Of a stretch of DNA of 20,000 bases, positions 1-11,630 are shown one piece after another (the stretch's first letter is position 1; every line of letters starts with the position of its first letter). This stretch comes from Chiloscyllium plagiosum (Eukaryota), in the NCBI RefSeq assembly GCF_004010195.1, contig NC_057718.1, forward strand, positions 69,624,771 to 69,644,770. Reading direction: 5' to 3'. The notes beneath the pieces are model-generated. The model saw only the letters and a program-made list of their open reading frames with translations. It did no database searches and was not told the DNA's origin. The translations under genes were made by a program, and so were the position numbers.

Positions 1-1473
1 CATTAGGCAGCTCAGCATTCTTAGAGAGCAGAAGTCCGTGGATGAAAGGATGGTGGAAGGCTACAGACAGAAACTGCAATCATCATTCTTGAACAAAAGT
101 ATGGACCTGTGCAATTGTACATTGCTGATGAAAGTGGATTGTTTAGGTGTGCACTGCTGGACAAAACACTTGCAGCCACGGCAGAAAAGCAGGTGTTGGG
201 ACATAAAGTGCAGAAGAATTGCATCATGATTTTCACTTGTGTCAACGCCATTGGCACTCAATTTATCACTTGTCTGCATCGGCTGATATGCTAATCCATG
301 CTGCTTCAAGAACTGTGACAAAAACTCGTTTCCTGTGAAGTATAAAGCACAAAATAAGGCATGGATGTCATATCCACTTTTTTCATCCTAGTTCCATGAA
401 GATTTTGTACTTGCTATCAGATCACATTTGGCAAGCGCTGGACTCAAGCAATATTCCCTTCTGCTTGTTGACAATACAGGGGCACACACGGAAAAAGGTA
501 GCCAGTTAGAATCGGCAGACAGAGCTTTCAAGTGTTTATTTTTACCACCCACTTCAAGACTATAGCCGCTTGATCAGGGAATCATCGCAATTGTGAAAAA
601 ATATTATTGCCATTAACATGTTGCGTGCCATCCTGGGTGAAGGCAATACAGAGAAAAGAGTACGGGAAGTTATGAAGGCATTCACAGTCAAGGACACTTC
701 GTTCATGATTGCTGAATCTTGGGACTGCATCAAACCATCAACAATCGTGGAGTGTTGGCACAATGGCTTGTGTGTTGGTAACCATGCCAATGAAGAGGAC
801 ACCCGTCCAGTACAAAGGCAAACCACTGACATCATTGAAAACTGCAGACAGCTGGGATTAGGAGACTTTGTAGAGACTGAGATTGATGCTTAGGTGAACT
901 GTGACAACAACACTGGAACAGAGACAGAGACAGTCAGTGATGATCAGATAGTCAATGTAGTCACAGAAGAACAGTGGGAAAGTACAGACGCCATGGATGG
1001 TAAGGGAAATCTGATACTGACACCTCCTCCAGTCCCCGTTAACGAAGCTATTGAGAGTTTGCGACTTTTCATGGAGTGGTACAAGGCACAAGACAAAGTT
1101 GATGCCATTAAGTTGGTGAATCTTCACCAAATGTTATCATTCACGAAGAAAAGGAGGCAGCAGCACCTCAAACAACAGCAACTGGATATTTTCTTTGAAA
1201 ATAATAACCGACCTCCACCTCAATGAATTTGTGTACATGTACAGTAAATAAAAAAGTGATCTGATTTGTAAAATCTCATGAATTTTTAAGTGATGTCCAG
1301 TGTGTGTACAAATTTTAGCGATTGACTGAAATAAAAACTCTGTAAACATACTTTTTAATGCAATTATGTGCAGTATGGCTTCCTTGTTTAAGGTCAAATC
1401 AATTATCCAAATAATCAATTCTCTGAATGAAAAACTGCCTACCCATCTACTTCGGATAATTGAGGTTGCTCTG
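1..1473 (+). mobile_element. pogo/Tigger-type DNA transposon, 3' part (left end outside window)
   Basis: Decayed transposase, AATAAA at 1247-1252, and right TIR CGGATAATTGAGGTTGCTCTG (1453-1473; revcomp starts CAG) followed by TA at 1474-1475. Confidence 0.88.
109..1226 (+). pseudogene. Disrupted pogo/Tigger (CENP-B/jerky-like) DDD transposase
   Basis: Motifs YIADESGLF (D 127-129), GHKVQKN..FTCVNAIG, PVKYKAQNKAWM, LLLVDNTGAH (D 470-472), FLPPTSRL*PLDQGII (D 572-574) and C-terminal KQQQLDIFF. Stops at 563-565 and 891-893, plus frameshifts. Confidence 0.9.
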
Positions 1474-1475
1474 TA

Positions 1476-2429
1476 GGTGGGCAGACGGGGTGGGGTTGCC
1501 ATGCTAGTGAAAAATGCAATTAAATCAATAGCAATAAAAAAAAGTAGGCTCAGATGATGTAGAATCTGTGTGGGTAGAGTTGAGGAAACGCAAAAGTAAG
1601 AAAACCATAATGGGAGTTATCTATAGACCTCCAAACAGTAGTCAGGATTTGGGGCATAAGATACACCATGATATAGAAAAAGTATGTAAGAAAGGCAAAG
1701 TTACAGTGATCATGGGGAATTTCAATATGCAGGTGGACTAAGAAAGCCAGGTTAGTAGTGAATCGCAAAACAAGCAATTTGTGGAATGTCTAGGCGATGG
1801 CCATTTGGAGCAGCTTGTGGCAGGACATCTTCGAGGAGAAAGTGAGGGCTGCAGATCAGAGCTGAAAATGTGTTGCTGGAAAAGCGCAGCAGGTCAGGCA
1901 GCATCCAAGGGCTTATGCCCGAAACATCGATTCTCCTGTTCCTTGGATGCTGCCTGACCTGCTGCGCTTTTCCAGCAACACATTTTCAGCCCACTAGGGA
2001 ACAGGCAATACAGGATTTATTGTTGTGCAATGAGGCAGACTTGATAAGGAAGCTTAAGGTGAAGGAACCCTTAGGAGGCAGTGATAATAATATGATAGAA
2101 TTTACTCTACAATTTGAGGGGGAGAAAGTGGAATCAGATGTAACAGTATTACAGTTGAATAAATGTCACAACAGAGGCATGAGGGAGGAGAGGACCAGAA
2201 TTGACTGGAAGAGGAGCCTGGCAAGAAAGACAGTGAAACAGCAATGGCAGGGGCTTCTGGGGGTGATTTGAGAGAGACGGCAAAATTTCATCCCGAGGAA
2301 AAAGAAGCATGGTACTGGGAGGATGAGGCAACCATAGCTAACCAGGAAAGTCAGGGACAGCATAAAAGCAAATGAGAAAGCATATAATGTGGTGAAGGGC
2401 AGTGGGAAGCCAGAGCACTGAGAAGCCTA
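1476..2429 (+). mobile_element. CR1-clade LINE copy A, 5' segment (APE endonuclease region)
   Basis: GVAMLVK, VESVWVEL, GVIYRPPNS, MGNFN, PTREQAI.DLLLCNE and LGGSDNN motifs. Many stops. Interrupted at about 1824-1987. Confidence 0.88.
1824..1990. mobile_element. Short palindromic Penelope-like-element-derived insertion with partial hammerhead motif
   Basis: Perfect 50-bp inverted repeat 1861-1910/1941-1990, with GGGC-TTAT-GCCC-GAAAC at 1909-1925. It interrupts the LINE codons EQLVA|EPTRE. Confidence 0.75.
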
Positions 2430-4988
2430 ACTGACTGGGACTTCGATGTTGTGGCCATTTCGGAGACATGGTTAGAGCAGGGACAGGAATGGTTGTTGCA
2501 GGTTCCAGGATTTACATGTTTCAATAAGAACAGAGAAGATGGTAAAAGAGGGGGAGGTATGGCATTGTTGGTCAAGGACAGTATTACAGTCGCAGAAGGG
2601 ATGTTTGGGGACTCGTCAAATGAGGTTGTATGGGCTGAAGTTAGAAACAGGAAAGGAGAGGTCAACCTGTTGGGAGTTTTCTATAGGCCTCCGAATAGTT
2701 CCAGAGATGTAGAGGAAAGGATAGCAAAGATGATTCTCGATAGGAGTGAGAGAGACAGGGTAGTTGTCATGGGGGACTTCAACTTTCCAAATATTGACTG
2801 GGAAAACTATAGTGTGAGTACTATAGATAGGTCAGTTTTTGTCCAGTGTGTGCAGGAGGGCTTCCTGACACAGTATGTAGACAGGCCAACAAGGGGAAAA
2901 GCCACATTAGATTTGGTACTGGGTAATGAGCCCGGCCAGGTATTAGACTTGGAAGTAGGGGAGCACTTTGGTGAAAGCGATCACAATTCTGTTATGTTTA
3001 CTTTAATGATAGAAAGGGATAGGTGTATACCACTGGGCAAGAGTTACAGCTGGGGGAAAGGCAATTACGATGNNNNNNNNNNNNNNNNNNNNNNNNNNNN
3101 NNNNNNNNNNNNNNNNNNNNNNNNNNNNNNNNNNNNNNNNNNNNNNNNNNNNNNNNNNNNNNNNNNNNNNNNNNNNNNNNNNNNNNNNNNNNNNNNNNNN
3201 NNNNNNNNNNNNNNNNNNNNNNNNNNNNNNNNNNNNNAAAAGAATGACAAGAGTAAGATTAGGGCCAATCAAGGATAGTAGTGGGAAGTTGTGTGTGGAG
3301 TCAGAGGAGATAGGGGAAGCACTAAATGAATATTTTTCGACAGTATTCACTCTAGAAAACGGCAATGTTGTCGAGGAGATTACAGAGATACAGGTTACTA
3401 GACTCGGTGTGATTGAGGTTCACAAGGAAGAGGCATTAGAAATCCTGCAGAGTGTGCAAATAGATAAGTCCCCTGGACCGGATGGGATTTATCCTAGGAT
3501 CCTCTGGGAAGCCAGGGAGGAGATTGCCGAACCTTTGGCATTGATCTTTAAATCATCATTGTCTACAGGAATAGTGCCAGAAGATTGCAGGATAGCAAAT
3601 ATGGTTTTTCCCTGTTCAAGAAGGGGAGTAGAGACAATCCTGGTAATTATAGACCAGTGAGCCTTACTTCAGTTGTTGGTAAAGTGTTGGAAAAGGTTAT
3701 AAGAGATAGGATTTATAATCATCTAGAAAATAATAATTTGATTAAGGATAGTCAGCACGGTTTTGAAAAGGGTAGGTCGTGCCTCACAAACCTTACTGAG
3801 TTCTTTGAGAAGGTGACCAAACAGGTAGATGAGAATAAACCAGTTGATGTGGTGTATATGGATTTCAGCAAGGCGTTCGATAAGGTTCCCCACAGTAGGC
3901 TATTGTACAAAATGCAGAGGAATTGGATTTTATATAGCAGTTTGGATTAGTAATTGGCTTGCTGAAAGAAGACAGAGGGTGGTGGTTGATGGGAAATGTT
4001 CCTCCTGGAGTCCAGTTAACAGGGGTGTACCGCAAGGGTCGTTGTTGGGTCCACTGCTGTTCGTCATTTTTATAAACGACCTGGATGAGGGCGTAGAAGG
4101 GTGGGTTAGTAAATTTGCAGACAATACTAAAGTCGGTGGAGTTGTGGATAGTGACGAAGATGTTGTAGGTTATAGAGAGATAAAGATAAGCTGCAGAGCT
4201 GGGCTTAGAGGTGGCAAATGGAGTTTAATGCGGACAAGCGTGAGGTGATTCACTTTGGTCGGAGTAACCGGAATGCAAAGTACTGGGCTAATGGCAAGAT
4301 TCTTGGTAGTGTAGATGAGCAGAGAGATCCAGGTACACAGATCCTTGAAAATTGCCACCCAGGTTGACAGGGTTGTTAAGAAGACATACAGTGTCTTAAT
4401 AGAGGAATCGAGTTCCAGAACCATGAGGTTATGCTACAGCTGTACAATACTCTGGTGCGGCCTCACTTGAGTATTGTGTACAGTTCTGGTCACCACATTA
4501 TAAGGAGGATGTGGTAGCTTTGGAAAGGGTACAGAGGAGATTTACTACGATGTTGCCTGGTATGGAGGGAAGGTCTTACAAGGAAAGGCTGAGGGACTTG
4601 AGGCTGTTTTCGTTAGAGAGAAGAAGGTTGAGAGGTGACTTAATGGAGACATATAAGATAATCAGAAGGTTATATAGGGTGGACAGGGAGAGCCTTTTTC
4701 CAAGTATGGTGATGGCGAGCACGAGGGGGCATACCTTTAAATTGAGGGTTGATAGATATAGGACAGATGTCAGAGGTAGTTTCTTTACTCAGAGAGTAGC
4801 AAGGGTATGGAATGCTTTGCCTGCAATGGGAGTAGATTCACCAACTTTAAGTACATTTAAGTCGTCATTGGAGAAGCATTTGGACATACATGGAATAGTG
4901 AAGGTTAGATGGGCTTCAGATTGGTATGACAGGTCAGCACAACATTGAGGGCTGAAGGGCCTGTTCTGCGCTGTAATGTTCTATGTTC
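2430..4988 (+). mobile_element. CR1/HER1-like LINE copy B, 5'-truncated, nested in copy A
   Basis: AISETWL, GGGMALLV, YRPPNS, MGDFNFP, SDHN (APE domain); [36 protein letters not shown] (RT domain). 3' tail GGGCTGAAGGGCCTGTT...TGTTCTATGTTC. Confidence 0.95.
3073..3237. other. Assembly gap, 165 N
   Basis: Run of N inside LINE copy B. Confidence 1.
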
Positions 4989-6868
4989 GATAGAGGACAA
5001 CAAAGAAAGAAACAAGGAGGGAAAAGATTAAATATGAGGGTAAGTTATCCAGTAATATTAGGAAAGATTGTAAGAGTTTCTTTAGATATATCAAATGCAA
5101 AAGAGAGGTAAAAGTGGACATTGGGCCATTGGAAAATAATACTGGAGAAGTAGTAATGGGAAACAAAGAAATGGCTGAGGAACTGAATAAGTACTTTGCA
5201 TCAGTCTTCACAGTGGAAGGCAGGAGTAATATCCCAAAAATTCAAGAGAACCAGGGTCAGAGGTGAGTATGGTGGCGAACACCAAGGAGAAGGTGCTAGA
5301 AAAACTGAAAGGTCTGAACGTGGATAAATCACCTGGACCAGATGGTGTAGCATAGAGTTCTGAACGAGATAGCTGAAGAGATAGCGGAGGCTTTAGTAGT
5401 GATGTTTCAGGTATCATTGACGTCAGGGAGGGTCCTAGAGGAGCAGAAAATCGCTAATGTAACTCCCCTGTTTAAGAAGGGAGCAAGACAAAAGATGGGA
5501 AATTACAGACCGATTAGCCTGACCTCAGTCATTGGTAAGATTTGAGTCCATTGTGAAGGATGAGATTTCTGAATACTTGGAAGTGCATGGTAAAATAGAG
5601 CAAAGTCGGCATGGTTTTATCAAGGTGTTGCCAGACAAATCTGATGGAATTCTTTGATGAGGTACTGAACAAGTTACACCAAGGAGAGCCAAAGGATGTT
5701 ATCTATCTTGATTTCCAGAAGGCCTTTGATAAGGTGCCACACCCAGAGCTGCTGAGTAAGATATGGCCCACAGTGTTAGAGGCCAGGCACTAACATGGAT
5801 AGAAGATTGGCTGTCTGGCAGAAAGCAGGGATAAAGGTGTCTTTCTCAGGATGGAAGCTGGTAACTAATGGTTTTCCACAAGGATCAGTGTTGGAATCAC
5901 AACTTTTCACTTTATACAGTGAAATTATTTGGATGAAGGAACTGAGGGCATTCTGTCTAAGTTTCCAGATGATACAAGATAGATGGAGGATCAGGTAGTA
6001 TTTAGGCGGCAGGGAAGCTGCAGAAAGATTTGGACAGGTTAGGAGAGTGGGCAAAGAAGTGGCAGATGAAATACAATGTGAAAAAGTATGAGGTAATGTG
6101 CTTTGATAAGAAGAATACAGGCATAGATTATTTTCTAAATGGGAAGAAAATTTAGAAATCTGAAGTGCAAAGTGACTTGGATATCTTGATCCAGGTTTAT
6201 CTTAAGGTAAACTTGCAGGTTGAGTCAGTAGTTAGGAAGGCAAATGTAATGTTGTCATTCATCACAAAAGGAGTAGAATATAAAAGGAGGGATGTATTTC
6301 TGAGGCTTTAAAAGGCTCTAGTCAGAGTATTGTGAGCAGTTTAGGGTTACATACCTCAGGAAAGGTGTATTGGTCCTGCAGTGGGTCCACAGGATGTTAA
6401 CAAGAATGATCCCAGGAATGAAAGACTTAACATATGAGCAACATTTAAGGACTCTGCGATGGGGGGCGGGGGGAAATCTAACAAACTTTCAGAATACTGA
6501 ATGCCTAGACAAAGGGGATGTTGGGATGATGCTTCCATTGGCAGGATAGACAAGGACCCGAAGGCACAGTCTGAGAGTAAAGGGAAGACCTATCAGAACA
6601 GAAATAAGGGGAAACGTCTTTAGCCAGAGAGTGGTGAATCTGTGGAATTCATTGCCACAGAAAGCTGTGGAGGCCAGGTCATTGAGTATAATTTTAAAAA
6701 AAGAAATAGATAAGTTCTTGATTGCTAAGGGGATCAAAGGTTACAGGGAGAAAGCAGGAAAATAGGGTTGAAAAACTTATCAGCTGTGATCGAGTGGCAG
6801 AACAGACTCGATGGGCCGAATGGCCAAATTTCTGCTCCTTTGTCTCATGATCTAATAATCTTATAATC
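4989..6868 (+). mobile_element. CR1-clade LINE copy A, 3' segment (RT and 3' tail)
   Basis: LNKYFASVFT, DKSPGPDG, NYRPISLTS, YLDFQKAFDKV, PQGSVL, KFPDD, FSQRVVNLWNSLP. Tail GGGCCGAATGGCC...TCTTATAATC. It resumes the linker region broken at about 2429. Confidence 0.9.
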
Positions 6869-7718
6869 AACCTATTCCACATCCTGTTGTTTCTTTTTTG
6901 TGTCATTGGTGAGTAACACAGATTAAGCAGTGTAGATGCTGTCAATTTGAAAAGGATGTTTATTTAAGAGGATGATAACTGTGCATGATTTTATTTGGAT
7001 TGCACGTGGCAGTTAATCATCTGGTTACATCCCCGTCCTTGGCTCATTCGTATTTTCAGTTCCAAAAGAAACATAGCTCTTAAAGCAATAATATGCGGTC
7101 CCCTTGCTTTACAAGGCAAAATTCCATATACTGAATTAAAATATAGATAGGTTCTTGTAGTTGCAAAACTATTTCCATAGAATTAAGAATTGAACATTTT
7201 AAGAGCCTAAATGTCTGTATAATATACAATTCTTGTGATATGCATAACTCTTTAAAGATTTTAATTTCATGTCAGTGTTCTCAGCTTGTAGAGGTGTTGG
7301 AATTTTGTTTGCTGCTAGCATGTTGATTTTATCCTGATGCTATTCCACATCTTCATTATTGTTGTTTGTGTTTTGCGTACAATCAGAAAGTTTTACTGTT
7401 GCCTGAATTAGCTTCTGTTTTACCTCCATGTTGATTTGTTGTTGTAGAATCTAAGGTTACTGTCTACTTTGAACACCTCTGCAGGCAACCATGTTTTCTG
7501 TGTAAGACTCAAATTGTCCTACATTAAGTATAGACAGTTTCACAACACTATTTCGGTCACGCACCTTCTTCATTCTTCCTTGTTTTTGGGGTTGTTTCTT
7601 CTATATCTGAGAATTTAAGACAGGTAACAGCTTGGCAGGATTGTCCTAGCTTGCCTTACAAACATATCCCTTGCTGATGACAGTAGGCCCAGACACTGAA
7701 GTGTACATTTTTTGGTAC

Positions 7719-7820
7719 ATAAACAGAAGTTGCTGGAAAAGTTTAGCATGTCAGGCAACATCTGGAAAGAGAAATCAAAGTTAACGTTTCTGGTCCGATG
7801 ACCCTTCCTCAGAACTGAAG
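7719..7820 (-). mobile_element. Short Penelope-like-element terminal fragment
   Basis: Shares GTTGCTGGAAAAG..AGCA.GTCAGGCA.CATC with the 1861-1910 arm. Flanked by 9-bp direct repeat TTTTGGTAC (7710-7718, 7821-7829). Carries a hammerhead motif. Confidence 0.75.
7779..7816 (-). ncRNA. Minimal type I hammerhead ribozyme motif (stem II basal mismatch)
   Basis: Minus strand: AGUU-CUGAGGA-A-GGGUC-AUCG-GACCA-GAAA-CGUU-AACU. Stem I AGUU/AACU, stem II GGUC/GACC, palindromic ACGU in place of stem III. Confidence 0.7.
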
Positions 7821-7835
7821 TTTTGGTACCAGGTT

Positions 7836-8139
7836 TTAGATTAGATTAGATCCCCTACAATGTGGAAACAGGCCCTTCGGCCCAACAAGTCCACACCGAC
7901 CCTCCAAAGAGTAACCCACCCAGACCCATTCCCTCTGACTAATGCACCTAACACTATGGGTAATCTAGCTTGGCCAATTCACCTAACCTGCAGATCTTTG
8001 GACTGTGGAGGAAACAGGAGCACCCAGAGGAAACCCACGCAGATACGGGGAGAATGTGCAAACTCCACACAGTCACCCGAGGTTAGAATCGAACCTGGGA
8101 CCATGGTGCTGTGAGGCAGCCATACTAACCACTCAGCCC
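7836..8139 (-). mobile_element. HE1-like tRNA-derived SINE
   Basis: Minus strand: GCTGAGTGGTTAG (A-box region), GGTTCGATTC (B box), central core, CR1-like tail GGGCCGAAGGGCCTGTTTCC and (TCTAA)3. Confidence 0.92.
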
Positions 8140-9445
8140 CCTTTGTAGCAGTCAAAGTCAGATCCTATACTTTTACAAGGTGTCATTTTAGTCTAATTGG
8201 TACATTTATCAGTGATATGCTTCAAATAATTCCCAGTGGTTTGTGATCAGTAAATTGTTTGCTGAACAGATATTCACACACTTCAGAACAGTCAGATTTT
8301 GCTTCCAAGACATATCTGGATCCAATTGCAACTGATTTGCTATTATGCATCATGCACACTGCTAGCTGTTTCTGAGATGCATTGATTAACAGGATTGCCT
8401 TTTTTCTTGGGTCATAATACTGTACGATACAAGCTTCTGCTGATAATACTTATTTGGATGATTCAAATTGGTGTTGAATATCTTCCTGCCATACATCTTT
8501 CCTTATGAGCTCTCTCAACAACAATACTTTTCTGGAAAGATTTCTACATATGATGCTAAGCAGTTGAAAAGTCTGATGCATTGCTGTAGGTCTTCTTTGT
8601 CTTGAGTGTTAAGCATATGTCTTACACCTTCAAATTTGCTTATTACAGAAACAAAAAAGCTGATCTAAGCTACATTTACCTTGCATGTGTTGTTGTCAAA
8701 GACAAGTCATTTACACAGGCTACAGGCATTACTGAGTGCAGACTTTGGTTGTGCACTTGTTTGGTTCCATAAATCCCCAATATATTAGCAGCAATATATT
8801 CACATTCAAGAACATTTTCCGTAGTTCTGCCCATTTGCTGTTGGAACAAATCCTGACTGACAGACAGACTGAAAGGTAGTCTCCCGAAGCAACATCTTCC
8901 AAATAGTGTTCTAAAATAGCAATTTCCTGAGATTCACTTGTCAAGTTTACCAACTGATAAGTGTGTTTGTTATTCAGCTTGGAGAAGAATTTAGCTCCTG
9001 TGAATTTATGGTGCAGTTCCTTGAATGTTGGAATTTTGCATGGATACCTTTTTAGGAAATGATTTGAATGTCTTGGGTGAAATGTGCTTTGATTTTTCTT
9101 TAGCATGTACATGATAGAATTTCACTATTCTGCATTATAAACATGATAGATTATGCCATTATGTTCCACATACCCAAATCATTCTCGAACTTCACTTATA
9201 TTTGTACACAGCTTTTTCTGGCAGGATTGATTGATGGGATGACATCGTCTAAGGTGCACGAACACTTTAGACTGCCCTGTGAAATAGAATCTGTGTACTA
9301 TTGCTGTTAGCCCTGAAGTGGGATGCAATTAGAGGAGACTTAGTATATCCACTCGTATTTTGTTGATCTCATGAATGGTCACAATGTTAAGACCTGTGCA
9401 CACCAGTAATAGTGCTATGGTCCATTTCAGATGCATGTGAGGTGA

Positions 9446-11059
9446 AAAATATCCATATTACAGAGGTGTGGTGCTGGTCTTAAAATGCATAAAGATGGAT
9501 AAATCTCCAGGATCCAATCAGGTTTACCCTAGAACTCTGGGGGATGCTAGAAAAGTGATTTCTGGGCCCCATGCTGAGATATTTGGATCATCAGTAGTCA
9601 CAGGTAAGGTGCTAGAAGACTGAAGGTTGGTTAACATGGTGCCACTATTTAAGAAAGGTGGTAAGAGAAAGTCAGGGAAGTATAGACCGGTGAGCCTGAC
9701 ATCCATGATGGGCAAGTTGTTGGAGGGAATCCTGAGGGACAGGATTTACATATATTTGGATAGGCAAGGACCGATTAGAAATAGTTAACATAGCTTTGTA
9801 CATGGGAAATCATGTCCCACTAATTGATTGTGGTTTTGAAGAAGTAACAAAGATGATTGATGAGGGCAGAGTGGTAGACATGATCTATATGAACTTCAGT
9901 TAAGGCATTTAACAAGGTCCCTCATGATAGACTGATTAGCAAGGTTAGATCACATGGAATAGAAGGAGACTAGCCACTTGGGTATAGAACTGGGTCAAAG
10001 GTAGAAGACAGAAGATGGTGGTGGAGGGTTGCTTTTCGGACTGGAGGCCACGACCAGTAGTGTGACACAAAAATCAGTGCTGGGTCCACTGCTTTTCATC
10101 ATTTATGTAAATGATAGGAGATACAGTTAGTAAGTTTGTAGATGGCATCAAAGTTGGAGGTGCAATGGAAAGCGAAGAAGGTTACCTCAGAGTACAATGA
10201 AATCTTGATCAGATGGGCCAATAGGCTGAGGAATGGACATTAGTATTTAATTTAGTTAAAGGTGAGGTGCGCATTTTGGAAAGGCATGTCAGGGCAGGAA
10301 TTTTACACTAACTGGTAAGGTCTTGGTGAGTGTTGTTGAACAAAGACACCTTGGAGTGCAAGTTCATTGTTCCTCGAAAGTGGAGTCACAGTTAGAAAGG
10401 ATAATGAAGAAGGCATTTGGTATGCTTTTCTCTATTGGTCAGAGTTTTGAGTATAGGAGTTGGGAGGTCATGTTGCAGTTGTACAGGACATTGGTCAGGC
10501 CACTTTGGAATACTGTGTGCAATTCTGGTCTCCCTGCTACAGGAAGCCTGTTGTGAAACTTTATAAGAGTTCAGAGAAGATTTACAAGGATGTTGCCAAG
10601 ATTAGACAGTTTGAGCTACAGGGAGAGGTTGAATAGGCTGGGGCTGTTTTCCCTGAAGTGTCAGAGGATGAGGGGTGACCTTATAAAAGTTTTTAAAGTC
10701 ATGAGGAGCATGGAGAGGGTAAATAAACAAGGTCTTTTCCCTGGGGTGGGGGAGTCCAGAATTAGAGGACATAGGCATGGAGTGAGAGGGGAAAGATTTA
10801 AAAGGGACCGAAGTGTCAACTTTTTCACTCAGAGGGTGCTGTATGCATGGAATGAGTTGCCAGAGGAAGTGGTGCATGCAGGTACAATTACAACATTTAA
10901 AAGGCATCTGGATGGGTATATGAATAGGAAGGGTTTAGAGGAATATGGGCCAAGTGCTGGCAAATGGGACGAGATTAATTTAGGATATCTGGTCATGGAC
11001 GAGTTGGATGGAAGGGTCGGTTTCCGTATGGTATGTCTCTATGAGTCTATAAACCTATG
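9446..11059 (+). mobile_element. CR1/HER1-like LINE copy C, 5'-truncated, decayed RT
   Basis: DKSPG, YRPVSLTS, SVLGPLLF, KFVDG (degraded FADD), LYRTLVRP, ERLNRLGLFSL, FFTQRV..WNELP, and CTATGA-type tail. Confidence 0.92.
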
Positions 11060-11237
11060 ATGACCTTGGGCAAGGCAGACAAGGCAGGATAAACAGTACG
11101 ACCTTGGGAAGCACTCAGGATCACAGGGATCTTGGTGTGGACGTCCTTAAGATATCAGGACAGATGGATTAAGTGGTTAAGAAGGCAATTGTTATAGTTG
11201 CCTTTATTAGCTGAGACTTAACGTATTTGTGCAGAAA

Positions 11238-11559
11238 GGCAGCATGGTGATTCAGTGGTTAGCACTGCTGCCTCACAGCGCTAGAGACCCAGGTTTGATT
11301 CAAGCCTCGGATGACTGTCTGTGTTTGCACATTCTCCCAGTGTCTGCATGGGTTTCCTCTGGTGCTCCGATTTCCTCCCACAGACTAAATTGCCCATAAT
11401 GTTCAGGGATATGTAGGTTAGGTGCATTAGTCAGGGGTAAAATGTACAGTGGTAGGGAGGGGGAAGTGAGTTTGGGTGGGTTGCTCTTCAGCAGTTGGTG
11501 TGGACTTGTTGGGTCAGGTAGCCTGTTTCCATATTGTAGGGAATTCTATGATTCTATGA
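11238..11559 (+). mobile_element. HE1-like SINE (ATTCTATG-tail type)
   Basis: GGCAGCATGGTGATTCAGTGGTTAGCACTGCTGCCTCACAGC head, GGTTTGATTC B box, tail (ATTCTATG)2. Confidence 0.92.
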
Positions 11560-11630
11560 GGTTATGCTGGAGCTCTGCAAGACATTGTCTGGGCCACAGT
11601 TAGAATATCGTGTGAAGCTCTGCTACATTA

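Larger units (their letters stand above)
7400..9440 (-). mobile_element. Decayed Gypsy (Ty3/Gypsy) LTR retrotransposon pol: protease end, RT, RNase H, integrase C-terminus
   Basis: Minus strand reads IPTFKEL..KFTGAKFFSKL, FRTLFGRCCFGRLPFSLSVSQDLFQQ, degraded YxDD (YIAAN), QYYDP, NASQK, TDHKPL, YK|PG split by a SINE, MFVRQARTILP and TWLPAEV. Confidence 0.85.

Noticed and set aside
109..1226. Domesticated TIGD/JRK-like host gene
   Set aside because: Multiple stops and frameshifts plus a retained TIR and TA indicate a transposon fossil.
2451..3660. Longest ORFs (275 aa and 196 aa) as an intact gene or active LINE
   Set aside because: They are inflated by the N gap. The copy is 5'-truncated, frameshifted, and has FADN instead of FADD.
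7860..8114. Similar short ORFs (also 11652-11954 and 19027-19485) as a small protein family
   Set aside because: They are antisense translations of the same SINE.
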